Below the pieces are notes generated by a model. It was not told where the DNA came from. It searched no databases and saw only the letters and a list, made by a program, of their open reading frames with translations. The translations under genes and the position numbers were made by a program. A DNA stretch of 62,231 nt, filler included, from Sphacelaria rigidula (Eukaryota), in assembly GCA_964200075.2 (NCBI GenBank). It is 7 parts of 7 records of this genome, joined end to end, with 100 filler letters (N's around TTAATTAATTAA, not from the genome) between each part and the next. Parts side by side here need not be neighbours in the genome. Positions count along the whole stretch, not along the records: positions 17,812 to 26,616 come from CAXNAA020010051.1; positions 26,717 to 35,520 come from CAXNAA020010052.1; positions 35,621 to 44,424 come from CAXNAA020010053.1; 4 more parts are not named here. One strand, given 5' to 3'. This document shows, piece after piece, positions 23,726 through 35,747 of the stretch; the first letter of the stretch is position 1; every line of letters starts with the position of its first letter.

Positions 23726-24492
23726 AACTGTCTCGCCACCACGCAATCCGTTCCCCATCACTATTTCTAGCGCCCCCAACACAGCGTCAGTTGTGCTGCA
23801 CATTTATATGTCGGCCCCACTGATTTCCATCAACGTCCCGAATTGAGTGTAGTGGCTGAGAACGGTTTCTCCACCAAGGGGAACCTCAAGGCACGGGGTT
23901 ATAGCTACCTCCCACACGGGGTCGACGGGATCATACTTTCGTTTTCCTGGGTGCTGCTAGCCCGCGACGCTGAGGACGCCGAGGAGGTCGCATACGATCT
24001 AGCTTGCAGCTTTAAAATACTCATGGAGCTCTTGAGACCTGATGCGACCTCGTTGGTACCCTCAGCATCGCAGGCTGGCAGCACGCGGGAAGACGGACGT
24101 ATGTCCCCGTCGACCCCTTGTGGGAGGTGCTCATAAAACCCTGTGCCTTGAGGTCCCCTTTGACGGGAAAACCTTTCTCACCAACTATACACAAGCCGCT
24201 CGATCGGGGATGATGATGGATATCACTGGGGTCGCCAACAAAATATACCTACGCTCCTCTTGTGCAGAGGACCGCTGATCTGTTCATTGTTTTTGCTTCG
24301 AAATACTCGCGCCCGCCGCTGTTGTGATTTTGCGGAAATTTTCGAGTCATTGAATTATTTTTCGGTCCAATTTGTCTCCCCCTTGTCCAAAGAAAACAAA
24401 GAAACTATTAACCCCACACAGCAGATAAATTATATATCGCATCCCATCTCAAACATTTACATACTCTTTGAATAATACACAACGGTCCCATG

Positions 24493-24847
24493 AAATGAGG
24501 TTGTAGGCTGCAATGAGGTTCAAGCGCAAAACTTTCAGTGACGGTGACCAACGACTTTATTGTCGGCCCAATGCCCGTTCATTGCTTGAATACTTTTTCT
24601 TTCCCGACTCTGTGAGCTTGCAGCGCTGACCGAAACCGTCATTTCGCCTGATATCACACCCAAAATCAGGGGAAAAGACGGTTTCGGTCACGGGTGTGAG
24701 CTCACAAAGTCGGTAAAATGCGCTGAAGATGTAATCACGCAATTTAGAGGCATTAGGCCGGCGAAAAAGTCTCCGGGCACCATCGCTGAAAGTGTGGAGA
24801 AGCATTGTTTGGAGCTTGAACCACATTTCAGCATACAATCTCATTTT
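24493..24847. repeat. ~350-bp imperfect fold-back (palindromic MITE or hairpin-RNA precursor)
   Basis: Nested inverted blocks TTGTAGGCTGCAATGAGGTTCAAGC/GCTTGAACCACATTTCAGCATACAA, CTTTCAGTGACGGTG/CACCATCGCTGAAAG and TGACCGAAACCGTC/GACGGTTTCGGTCA; loop at ~24652-24664. Confidence 0.85.
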
Positions 24848-25159
24848 TTATATTTGTCTGCTGATACTCCTAACGCTAACCCTAACCCTTGGATAAAATT
24901 GCAACTTTACCTAGAACAATAGACCGGAAGAAATGTCGGTAATTAATGGTTGGTACTCGATTTACTTGATTTCTGAATGAGTTAAGTTCTTAGAAAATTT
25001 ATGGTTTGGGGCAGGTGATGCAATCAGTTTGGTTGTATTGTTTCCTGTACCATACACATAAAACAAGCTTGATACGCACACATGTTTTGCTTCGCAAGAG
25101 TGTGGCTTTGTGCAAGACTTGTTCCACCAAAGCCATGTGGCGAAGGCCGGCCATATACA

Positions 25160-25512
25160 TGTGCGTGTTGTCCCCCTGCCTACACTGGAAGCCAGTGTAC
25201 ACCTTTTGGTATATGTGGTGGCGTCAGCCGGGGTCACACAGGAGAGAGGCCAACACAGGAATGTTTCTTTTTCTTTCGTGTTGGTCTCCACCTTTTCTTC
25301 TGCGTTGCTTGCCATATTTCTTCATTGCGAGAGGGGTTCAGCAGTTTCTTTCCCTCGTCGACCGCGATGTAGAATGTAGAGTACCCAAGACATGGTCGCT
25401 CTTCACTGATGGGTTGCGTGAAAAACAAATCCCAGATCACTCGGAGATTTAAACCTACCACCCAACAGTTGAAAGGTTTCGAGGTTTACCAACTGAGCCA
25501 CCGGGGCGACTG
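25160..25512 (-). mobile_element. tRNA-derived SINE, full length
   Basis: Reverse complement begins GTCGCCCCGGTGGCTCAGTTGGTAA...GGTTTAAATCT and is colinear with 21693-22055. Confidence 0.85.
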
Positions 25513-25517
25513 GCATT

Positions 25518-25549
<32 letters not shown>

Positions 25550-25619
25550 ATTCTTTTGTTTTCGCAGTCTCCTCTGTTCTGTTCTACGTTTTCTGGTTCT
25601 CATTTATTCGTGGGCGAGT

Positions 25620-25707
25620 GTTCCAGTTTTGTTTCGTCTCGGGTACGTCTATCATGTGATCACGGCTGGATCCCTGGGGGTCAGTTGAAAGGCGATAATC
25701 AGTCAGT
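25620..25707 (+). mobile_element. Retroposon-like 3' end with (AATC/AGTC)n tail
   Basis: TGTGA....CTGGATCCCTGG.GG..CAG....AGG.GCGA.AATCA.TCAGT is shared with ~55995-56083. Confidence 0.55.
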
Positions 25708-26064
25708 GAAACCAGAGTGAACAGCTCAAGGAGGGTACCAGCATCGGTACTAGAGCTATGCAAGGTGTGCAGTATCCCCTCCCCCTCCCCCTCCGCAACG
25801 TCGAAATTCACGCTCGTCATCCGTTGTTGTGTGATTTGATTTCAGTGTTTCGACACGAAAGTCAAGTAACTGATGTAAACTCCCGAACTAGATTCGCCGA
25901 GCTGAAACCGAAATTGAAGTAGTTGGTAATACACCTCGAGCTAGAGTAAAGTGGTTGGTGTGGATTACCCCCCCCCCGCCCCCCCCTTCTGTGTTGTGCG
26001 GCGTGGAAGAGCCTCAACTCAGCACAATGGGGATGATTGTACTGCGTAGTGTTTACATGGTGAT

Positions 26065-26616
26065 ACACCCATGAGGCAGAACATGAACCGTGGCTCTCTC
26101 TGGAAGTGGCGACACCAGAAATGAAGCAACTCATTATAGGTTGCCATCCGAATGCAAGGTAATCAGTAGGTCTCGGGCCTAACAATCTCAGCAGGATGCA
26201 GCTCACCCTTCATGCGACTCGCCGAGCACACCACGGCGCTTCGCGCTTGGTGATAGAATGCGAGCCTGGTCCGGCGAAACCCCGGCGTGCTTCCGGCTTT
26301 GTAGGGATGCGACGTCATCTTGTTTTTTCCTTGATGGAAGGAGGAAACCCAACCCATCACTTACCCCGCAAGCAAGTTCGTGTGCTGATTACCCGAAGGC
26401 TCGGCTAGACCACCTCGCGGTAATCATGTGGGGAAGGCGCCAAGAGTGGTGGCTCAAGGCAGTGTGGGGGATGTTCCCACTAAAACCCCCCATCAACTCG
26501 ACGCAGTGCACGCGCCGCCCTGCTTCTAAGAGCTTCTGCCCTCGAGGATGCGAGGTCAATGGTCATATGGCTATGGCATGCATGATCATGAGTATCCCCA
26601 CCCCCCCCACCCCCTC
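26065..26616 (+). mobile_element. C-tailed repeat subfamily B, near full length, interrupted by a ~240-bp insertion
   Basis: Reverse complement of 30595-30905. GGATGCGA.GTCA is duplicated at ~26305 and ~26546 around the insert. Confidence 0.8.
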
Positions 26617-26716
26617 NNNNNNNNNNNNNNNNNNNNNNNNNNNNNNNNNNNNNNNNNNNNTTAATTAATTAANNNNNNNNNNNNNNNNNNNNNNNNNNNN
26701 NNNNNNNNNNNNNNNN
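26617..26716. other. Artificial contig linker
   Basis: N44-TTAATTAATTAA-N44. Confidence 0.99.
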
Positions 26717-27516
26717 TGTTAAATTTTTTTTTTTTTTTTTTTTCCCCCCCCCCGCCCCCCCCCCCCCCCCCAACCCAACCCCCCCCCCCCCCCCCCCCCA
26801 AAAAAAGGAGGAGAAAAAACAGAAATGCGGCAAAAAAAATCAGGACAAAAAGTAGAAGAGATGCTGAAAAAACATAAAAATGGGACAGAAAATTGAGACA
26901 GCAAGCAGAATAGATGCGGAAAGAACAGAGGACGAAAACGAAGAATATGATGCAACAACAAACGATCATTCAAGATCCACGACAACCCTTGCCCGCTCCA
27001 AATTACAGGCTGGATGGGTTCATGTTGCGTATGCCGACGTATTGAAAAAAACACCAAGCACTCTTTTCTGTGGGGCTGTTGGCTGTACGTATCACACGCA
27101 TGCCTCTTCAAGCCATGGATCGGATACACAACACGGAAACTAGACGCAAAAACGACAGGGAACACACGCAGACACAAAAAGCAAGAAAAAAAAAAAAAAA
27201 AACTGGAAAAAAAGAGCAAAACGCCAGCAACTCCCCCACCCACCCACACACACAAGCATAAAGCATAAAGCAAAAGCAAGGAAAAAAAATCCAACTTGTT
27301 AATATTCCACACTCTGTACTCTTGTATATGGTCAACAGATGCAATAGGCCTATACTTTACCCAGTACATTTCCTGTCTGCAGGCATCTGCATCTGTTGAC
27401 CATACGTCAATATGCACACGTGGGACAGCTCTCACGAGATTCCTCAATATTACTTCTCATCAGTGTACTGATCCAGTTTATGAGCTTGCTCGTTTGGCCC
27501 CTTGTTCCAAATTCTC

Positions 27517-27765
27517 CAAGGGTCGGACAAATCAATGATTCGTCTGAAAATTACTTGATTTTAGTGGCATTGATTCGAATCGTACGAATCAATCCCTAGG
27601 CTTTGTTTTCAGCGTTGTCACCCAGGTACACACAGCCTAGACACGTGGAATGGCGCAAAAGTTGCGTTGATACAAGCGGCCAAGTTCCTCCTTCCTTTTG
27701 GGCAATCAGGCCGAATGAATCGTGGATTTGGTGATTCGAGCCCGTGATGATTCGTCCAAGCCATG
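27517..27765 (+). mobile_element. MITE, CAAGGGTCGGAC family copy 1
   Basis: Colinear with 29854-30111; flanks AAATTCTC/AAAGTTTC. Confidence 0.85.
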
Positions 27766-28151
27766 AAAGTTTCTTCTTACAGCGCTGGACACCGAGCACG
27801 GGAAGTAGCACAAAGGTAGCGCTTTGACTTCTCAGACCCTGTTATTTGGAGCGGGCAAGTTTTGCGTTTCTGGACGAGGGGTTCAGGGGTCCTCGTCGAT
27901 TTGTTACTTTAGTTGGCCCATGAGCTGTTCGACGTATGACATATCGTCCGGGGTGAGAGATATCATTCGTGTTCCGTAGGGTATACAGCACCCGGAAGTG
28001 AGGAATTTTGGTTGGCATACCGCACCATACCGGAATGTGTACCAAATATTCCGGGAAGGGTATATATACCGACAAAACATCCCTTTTATTTCTCGTGTTA
28101 GTACCCTACTCTAAACCACTGTACCCAACAGAACATAGCCTTGATATATTC

Positions 28152-28410
28152 CACGGGTCGGACGAAGAAATTATTCATGTAGAAATCACTTAATTCTAGT
28201 GTACTTGATTCCTACCGTACGAATCAACCTTTAGGCAGTGTTACCAGCGTTGCAACCCAAGTACGCGCAGCCCACGCACGTGGAATGGCGCAAAAATTGC
28301 GCCGAAACCTTCTTGATCAGCGGTCAACGTTCTTCTCTTTTCCGAGCAACCAGGCTTGAAAAATCGTGGATTTGTGGAATTCAAACGGGCGGTGATTCGT
28401 CCGAACCGTG
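28152..28410 (+). mobile_element. MITE, CAAGGGTCGGAC family copy 2, lying between two ~110-bp direct repeats
   Basis: CACGGGTCGGACGAA...TTCGTCCGAACCGTG; flanks ATATATTC/AAGTATTC. TACCCTACTCTAAACC.CTGTACCC.ACAGAACA.AGCCTTGATATATTCCA occurs on both sides. Confidence 0.85.
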
Positions 28411-28578
28411 AAGTATTCCGGGATGGTTCGAAGGGGAAAATACCGATAAAGTATTCCCTTATATTCTCGTGTCAATACCCTACTCTAAACCGCTGTACCC
28501 CACAGAACACAGCCTTGATATATTCCATCGCCAATTGTACGCTACAATACACTACACAAGATGCCCCTTGTCACTCAC

Positions 28579-28720
28579 CCTTGAACGTCTTAGTGAGTGT
28601 CTTGTCCACAGCCTCTCGAACCAGGTCGGAAACGGTGTTGCTGTTGTTCTCGGATTCCTGCTTGGCATCCGCCTCTGCCAGTGTCATGCCGGCCTTAACC
28701 TCGAACTCCTCGAGGTCCTC
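28579..28720 (-). CDS. WHIM/WSD + Tudor-like chromatin protein, third visible exon
   Basis: gtatag|EDLEEFEVKAGMTLAEADAKQESENNSNTVSDLVREAVDKTLTKTFK-G|gtgagt; joins the previous exon to give WHVRHDDGDEEDLEEFEV. Confidence 0.85.
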
Positions 28721-29093
28721 CTATACACCGACACACACGCAGGTAGGCAGCATTGGATCCTTTTCTGTCTTTTTTTTTTTTCGTCTACTTTTCGTGTCCC
28801 CTGTTTTGGTTGCCTGGCGACTCGTTTGTCTCTGGAGCTCTAGTATTTTATTTACGTTGCCTTGTGGGTTGGCGTGTTTTGACTGTGTAGTGAGCCCCGT
28901 GTTGCCTTCGGATCCCAAGTGTTTCCTCTGCATCCCCAGGGTCAAGACTGGCGTGTGCTCAATGTGCGGGAGGCCCCGTGTTCTCTTTGTCTTCATAGTA
29001 TTTGTCTTTGTCGTCATAGTATCTCATCTAGGTTGCCCCGATGTAGTCTGGCGTCTGTGTTGTAGACCTCCGTTCCCGACATATTTGTACGTG

Positions 29094-29095
<2 letters not shown>

Positions 29096-29154
<59 letters not shown>
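29096..29154 (+). repeat. (GT)n microsatellite
   Basis: About 29 units. Confidence 0.97.
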
Positions 29155-29158
<4 letters not shown>

Positions 29159-29853
29159 ATTGTATTTTTTCGTTTGACTAACTCGCGTCGAGCGTTTTAA
29201 AGTCCCTGACCCTCGCGAACATTTGACCCTTTCGTATACGCGTTTCGAAGACCCACAACCGATGCCGTCCACAGGGAAGGTCGTCACGGAGTCTACTGTT
29301 ATACTGCTCGACGCTTGATGTCTCGTTGGAGGATTATGACATGGTCACCAGTGTCCGTGTCATGTGTTGCGAGTGCTCGACAAGTCATGCCGCTAAAGCC
29401 GTAGGGCATTTTCATCGAGATATTTTCCTTGTATGATACCGTTCTGCATCAGGCTAGCAGGACATATTGCTCTTTCTGGAACCGATGGTTTTTCAGTTTC
29501 GCTGTTTCAACATTTGGTACGGCCTACCAGGACACAGTCCGCCAAACTCTACTTTGTGATCACTGCTTGCATATTTTATCGTGTATACGGTCAACCGCCT
29601 CGAAAATTGGTGTGATGCTGTGTTGTTTTCTGTGAGGGTTATTGGTGGCGGAGTGACATGACGGTATGCCTGGCTGGCGTCATCTTCCAGTTTGGGTGCG
29701 CACTTCATATGGCTCGTTCGAACGGGCAACCACCGAGGGGGCGGACTGCGTTGGCCCCCGTCATCTGAGTGTTTGTCGCGGTCCAGAAACGTGTCGGGCT
29801 ACCCGCCTCGGATGCATCTCCGATGGTTGTGTATGTTTCAATCACGTTTCTTG

Positions 29854-30111
29854 CAAGGGTCGGACGAACTAATGATTCGTCTGTAAGTTACTTGATTCCA
29901 GTGTAATTGATTTGTACCGTACGAATCAATCCTTGGGCTTTGTTTCCAGCGTTGCAACCCAGCTACGCGCAGCCCAGGCACGTGGAATGGCACCAAAATT
30001 GCGAGGAGACCTGTTTGACCAACGGTCAACTTTTGTCCCTCTTCCGAGCGACCAGGCCTGAAAAATCGTGGATTTGGTGATTCAAACCAGCGATGATTCG
30101 TCCGAACCGTG
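29854..30111 (+). mobile_element. MITE, CAAGGGTCGGAC family copy 3, perfect 8-bp TSD GTTTCTTG
   Basis: CAAGGGTCGGACGAA...TTCGTCCGAACCGTG with GTTTCTTG on both flanks. Confidence 0.92.
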
Positions 30112-30594
30112 GTTTCTTGCAACGGCTACGGACGTTCAATCACTCGTTACCGGTCCGCTGTCCCGTAGATTGATGGGTAAGCGAAACACCTTGCTTCACG
30201 GCTGGACCGTTACCCAGTCGCCGTTGTCAACATGTGACACTCTACAACAATCTAAAACGAGTCCTTTTTTTTTCGGTATCGTGTGTCTTTTTTTTCAGCG
30301 TATTTTACTCCCGAGAAGATGTCTGTCTGTCTCCCGCTGATGAGTCGATTATACGTTGTTGGATTTTTTGCTGATGGATGGGTCGAATGACTAGCACAAT
30401 TTGTTTGGTTCGTGATTAAAACGCCTTGGCGGGCTGCTTGTTCGTTTTTCTCACCCAAAAAGCTGAACAAACGCGAAATTTCCTAAAAAGAGTAATCTAT
30501 TTTTCGGAATGATACAGTGGTGGGGAGTACATGATGATCATTTCGATGCAATATCCACAATGTTTCGGCACAGTTCATGACGGTTGACGACATT

Positions 30595-30905
30595 TGGGGG
30601 GAGGGGAGGGGTACTGATAATCATGCATGCCATAGTCGTATGACCAATGACCTCGCATCCCTCCAAAGCGGGGACGGAGCACGCCGGGTTTTCGCCGGAC
30701 CCGGCTCGCACTCAATCACCAAGCGCGAAGCAGCGTGGTATATTCGTGGAGTCGCATGAAGGGTGTGCTGCATCCCACTGAGATTGTTCGGCCCGAAGCC
30801 TACTGATTATCTTGCATTTGGATGGCAGCCTAAAATGAGTTGCTTTACTTTTTGATATCGCCACTTCCAGAGACAGCTACGGCTTTTACACTGCATCATG
30901 GGTGT
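30595..30905 (-). mobile_element. C-tailed repeat subfamily B, ~300 bp
   Basis: GGGGTACTGATAATCATGCATGCCATAGTCGTATGACCAATGACCTCGCATCCC...CATCATGGGTGT. Confidence 0.85.
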
Positions 30906-33900
30906 CTGAGGGGCGAGGGAGGGGTTCTTTCCAGTTTTCCTCTGCGTTTTTTCTCGGATAGTAGCCCTCGTTAGACCTCGAATGTGCTGGCATCCACAAT
31001 CATTTGAGCTTTACTTTAGTCTGCAACTTTCGTGGTGCGAGAGGAGGTGTGAGTATAGCGCTCTCGTTCCTCCTGATGAAAAACTGCAATCGCTACACCC
31101 AGGGTGGGCTAATGTAATGAGATGCGGACAGTAGTACAAAACTGGTCTTTTGTCATATGCGACGTTTCAACAGATATGACCGGCGAGTAGGAGAGGCGGA
31201 TTTCTAGGCGAATATATATGTACATGACCATTTCACATTTTTCACCACTTTTGCCGAGTTTCCTCTCGCAGGAAGGCATGTAATCCCGCGCTTTCTGCTG
31301 CAGCGCACGAAAAAGGCGCAGCGGTACATTACCATTCAGGTTTGGGTGTCATCTGACACCTGTGGCTCGTGTTCTGGCCACCGAAAGTCACTCGAACTGG
31401 CTCTTTTTCGCGGGGTGTCGATCCCGAACCACGAAAGCCTCTTCAAGATCATGGAGAACTTCAAACAGGAACCCGAACCACAAAGGATGCGTTCGAACAG
31501 GATGAAGTTTGGCAGGGTATTTTTTTCACCGTGTTTCTCTTTGTCGCGTTCTCGTTGATTTGGAGGCACGAATACAGCGGTTATGCAGCGAATGTCACGA
31601 GAACATGAGAGCTAAGCAGTTGAAAACAGTGGAACATTGCCTTGGCCTTAGTCAGCAGTAAACACAAGTGGTTATGGCAGCCCAGCAGTCCGCATTATCG
31701 TTTTACGTAGAACAAGATCCACGAGGAAAGTTCCTCGGGTATCCGCTAGACTGCTGAAGTGGGAGGGGCTGTCTGTGTACTTTGAGAGCCACGGTGCTTT
31801 GTCGACGTTCCAAGCTCAAAGCCAACGCACTCGATGCCATCAATCGGGTGTCGGCTAGACTGCTCTAGGAGATTTGTTGAACTCTCTATGTGCCTTGGGA
31901 GCCACAGAGCTTTGTTTACTCCCAAGCTCAAAGCCGACGCACACGATGCCATCGAGCTCACAGAATATGAGCTTGACAATACACCACACCACGAACGATA
32001 AACAGGTGAACTGGAAATGATCCTGCATGCAGGGCTACACCATCCGTAGATGAATTAGCGATGGTGTGGTGTGTATATATTTTTTCGACTTGCGTCACCT
32101 CAGAGAGGCCCATACCAACCTCCCGAAGGGGAACCTTGCATATATGTATAAAATCAGAATTGGTTATGTTTACAAATCCTGACCATGGTACCTGACGTTC
32201 CATCCGTTGCCTCAATCGCACCTTCTTGCTCAGTTCAGGCCTGGGCATGCAGCGTGTTGCGAACAGACGTCGCTTTGCAGTACAGACTACCTACGCACCC
32301 AAGCCTCGTAGATAGAGGATCGCACTGACAGTAGACACAAGATCATGAATAGTGCCACTGTTGTAGTACTACAGCCAATGCATACAATACAGCATCGTTG
32401 TGTATACTGTTGTCCGTGCTGTCCTTTCAGTTAAGTACTACCGTGCGGTGAAAAGGCACAACCGTCACTTCCACAGTCAAATAGTACAGCAAGGGGGTGT
32501 CCTTTTTGATCGTCTTGCGTCACGTAGCCCACCATGTACTGCCCAGGCAATGTATCCCAGTAGTACAGGCAGTCAGTATACACCACGAGAGGATGGCAGA
32601 GTGCTGCGTCTCTCTCGCGCGCCCCAGAATTTGAAATTATGCCTGCACACCTCATAGAAAACGATGAACACTGCGTTTTCAATGTTGATAGCGCGTTTCA
32701 TTACTCTGTTGAAAAAAGGCTTTTCTGATGACGTGTTTTTTTATACATTAGAAGTAGCCTAAGCAAGGAGTAGAAAACGTGGCGATGTGGAAGGGCTCTC
32801 TGCCGACATCTGCCTTCAGCACAACTACAGCCTACACTCGAAAGGAATATTCAAGAGTCACTGCAAATCTTCAAGCGTCATCACTCTTCAGCCAGAATAC
32901 TAGTACTTACACACCTCCAACAGTAACAAGTGTTTCGACCGTTTCTACTTGAACTGTACCGTTGATGTTCTAATCGTTATCTCAATCGCAACTTCTTGCT
33001 ACATGTCGATCAAATGTAACCATGATCAGGACTTGTGAACATACCCCATGTTAAGTTTATACATGTATATATTCGCCTAGCAATCCACTCCTCCAACTCG
33101 CCAGTTTATAAATAATGCTGTCCGTTTCTCATTACAGGCAAGCAGGCAGGCAGCAAGCGGGAAACAAACAATTACACAGCATCGTACACGTTTGACGAGA
33201 CAAAGTACTACAAAGAAAAAGAGCAATGCTACGGTAGGGGTGCACTTTTTGCCCAGAATCTTGTCTGGTTCAGGGGTCCTAACGATTCCAAATGCACATG
33301 AATATAAGTCGGCGCTTCTCCGTTTGCAAATTCTTCGGTATATCCCTCGCACATCGGAAGAGTAATCCTGGCATACTCTCACATATTTCATTAGTCGTAT
33401 TTTGGATAGATCGAGGGCTCCTAACAATTCTAACCTCAGAAAATATTCGTGGACCCCTACCGTAGCATCACTAAAAAAAAAAAAAAATGAAGAACGAAGA
33501 CTGAGGAAAGAAGAAAAAGAACGACCAGGAGGAAAGAATAAAAAAGAACGAGGAACAAAAAGCACGTCGTTTTCATTACGCGTTCGTTTTGCCCAAGTGA
33601 TGCTTAGTATCTCCGAAGGCAATCCTGCACGGGCTCCGCCGGCGGTAGGTAGCTTTTGATTATACCATTTTGCGCAAGCTAATCCGTAGCAGTTGTTAAC
33701 CTATATGCACCGTATGGTAGGGGTATACATTTCTCGTATCGGTGTTTTTTCAGCCGTAAGACCACTTCTTGTGTGACAGCAAATATCGTAAGAAATATCC
33801 ATCCCTCTCTGTCACATGACCACACACCATCAAAACCAAACGATTTTGATATAAAACTGATGAAGCATATTACTACAATTCTGCTATAAATAAATAAATA

Positions 33901-33949
33901 AATAAATCGACGCCAATGTAAGACACAGTCGAACAGTGAGGGTGACTTT

Positions 33950-34289
33950 TTCTACCCGGACGGTGGGTGTGTGTAGTTTGTAGCTTCTCACTCGGTGAAA
34001 GGGTACGGAGTGTGCGGAGTCGCGACGTGGACTTGAACAGGACGGACTTTGCTAGTCAGGGTTTGGGTTGAGACACAGAGTGGGCCCGTAGGGAGGGCTC
34101 CGGAGAGGGAGCCTCCCTGACGGGAATATGACGAGCCCGGACTGGGGATCGGAGAATGACAGTCCCAGGGTGACAGGCCCGGAAAGACGGTCCGGGTTGA
34201 CTAGCCCGGGGTTATTAGTAAGCGGGCCGGGTCATACAGAGGTCATACAGAGGTCATAATAAATTAATAAATAAATAAATAAATAAATA
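33950..34289 (+). mobile_element. GC-rich, hairpin-rich retroposon-like segment ending in (TAAA)n
   Basis: Stem CCCGTAGGGAGGGCTCC/GGAGCCTCCCTGACGGG and closing pair GCTAGTCA/TGACTAGC; GGTCATACAGA duplicated; (TAAA)n tail at 34256-34289. Confidence 0.5.
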
Positions 34290-34313
34290 CGTCACGCACT
34301 GCTTACGACGTAC

Positions 34314-34491
34314 CTCATCGCCGTCATCGTGGCGAACATGCCAGAGAGCAAGCCCGCCGTTATCCGACGCAGGGACCCACTGAACCACCATAGCGCCCGC
34401 CACACGCCTTCCAAACACGCGCTTCACCCTCTTGTTCAGGTACTTCGATCCAGTGTCGCGCCACTTCACAACCGTGCGCGTCGCCGCGCTC
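34314..34491 (-). CDS. WHIM/WSD + Tudor-like chromatin protein, second visible exon (Tudor-like domain)
   Basis: catcag|(R)SAATRTVVKWRDTGSKYLNKRVKRVFGRRVAGAMVVQWVPASDNGGLALWHVRHDDGDE|gtacgt; phase 2 to phase 0 fits both neighbours. Confidence 0.88.
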
Positions 34492-34747
34492 CTGATGGGG
34501 GTATAAGTGTGGGTGTGGTTTTTGGGGGTTCATGGATATTTATCAAGGTAACATCATGATGCATTCATGATGATACAGAATACATGATACGTGATGCAAT
34601 ATGCATACATATTCTGATTTTAGCTTGTCCTCTGGAGTCGTTGGTATTGTTCTTCCGGACTTCGATGTCTGGCTTCCCTGCTTGCGGAACCCTTCGCCAT
34701 TGCGAGCGCCGAGTCTCTCATCTTCATGGACGCATTACATAATCTTC

Positions 34748-34891
34748 CACACTCTGGATAATGATAGTAGATTGCATTGTCAAAAATTGTACTGGGTACA
34801 GCATCGACTAATGCGTCTGTCGCGACAAACAATAGATTCCATACTGTGCACGGTACATTTTTTTACAATGGGGTCTTTCGTCCAGGGTGTG
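34748..34891. mobile_element. MITE, CACACCCTGGA family
   Basis: CACACTCTGGA...TCCAGGGTGTG; flanks TAATCTTC/TAATTTTC (7/8). Confidence 0.82.
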
Positions 34892-34982
34892 TAATTTTCT
34901 TCCCTTTGTTTTGTCTTTCTCTTGCCATGGCTTTGTGACCGCGAGCGCTTGATTCCTGTGGAAGGGCTAGTGTGAGAAACGA

Positions 34983-35024
<42 letters not shown>

Positions 35025-35328
35025 GAGTAACGTTGCCGCGGCTCGCTGCTGGTCTTGAACAGTAAAACGTTGACCAAAGCGGGTTCGAAATGCCGTCAAA
35101 AACGGGATATTTTGCGTTAGGGAGAACTTTTGTTTTTGTGTTTCATCCAAGGACGGAGGAACGAGAGTAGCTAAGGAAAAGAAAAAAACAACTGAGAGTC
35201 GACGGGGATGCGGACGTGCTGTGCAGTGCAGTGCAACACGGTAGGACAGACCAGCCTGTTCATTTCGGTCGAGAAATAGAACAACAGAAACATTTGCCTT
35301 TGCGGACTCGTCATGATTTTCCGCTGAC

Positions 35329-35450
35329 CTGAGCTTGATGCTTTTTTCAAGCTCGGCCATGTCGAAGGTGTCCCTGAGCGCCTGCTTCAAATCCGCCTCC
35401 TTCTTGCCTCGCTCGTCCAGACTCAGGATCAGCTTGTGGAACTCCTCCTC
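35329..35450 (-). CDS. WHIM/WSD + Tudor-like chromatin protein, first visible exon (WHIM3/WSD motif)
   Basis: gggcag|EEEFHKLILSLDERGKKEADLKQALRDTFDMAELEKSIKL-AG|gtcagc. L..SL..RG..E..L is the WHIM3/WSD pattern of DDT/BAZ-type ISWI partners. The 5' part is cut off by the contig end. Confidence 0.8.
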
Positions 35451-35520
35451 CTGCCCCAATTTCAAGGTCAAGGGGGGGGGGGGGGGGGTACTCATGATCA
35501 TGCGTGCCACAGTCGGAAGA

Positions 35521-35620
35521 NNNNNNNNNNNNNNNNNNNNNNNNNNNNNNNNNNNNNNNNNNNNTTAATTAATTAANNNNNNNNNNNNNNNNNNNNNNNN
35601 NNNNNNNNNNNNNNNNNNNN
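35521..35620. other. Artificial contig linker
   Basis: N44-TTAATTAATTAA-N44. Confidence 0.99.
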
Positions 35621-35747
35621 GAAAGGGATGCGTGGTCAATGGTCAAACGACTAAAGCAAGCAACAAATGAGCACGCCCTCCCGCCCCTCGCTTGTTGACA
35701 TGGATTTGGATTTGTTTTGGTCCGTCACCCAGAGGTCTGAAGTGTTC

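Noticed and set aside
28620-28640. CCAGGTCGGAAACGG resembling SRP RNA helix 8
   Set aside because: Lacks the following AGCAG and is the antisense strand of a well-supported coding exon.
30336-30400. CTGATGA hammerhead ribozyme core
   Set aside because: No stem II followed by GAAA. The same applies to the CTGATGA hits near 31073, 32724 and 33857.
31340-32248. Short ORFs inside the WSD-gene intron as a nested gene
   Set aside because: No recognisable motif, and the flanking exons join in frame without them.
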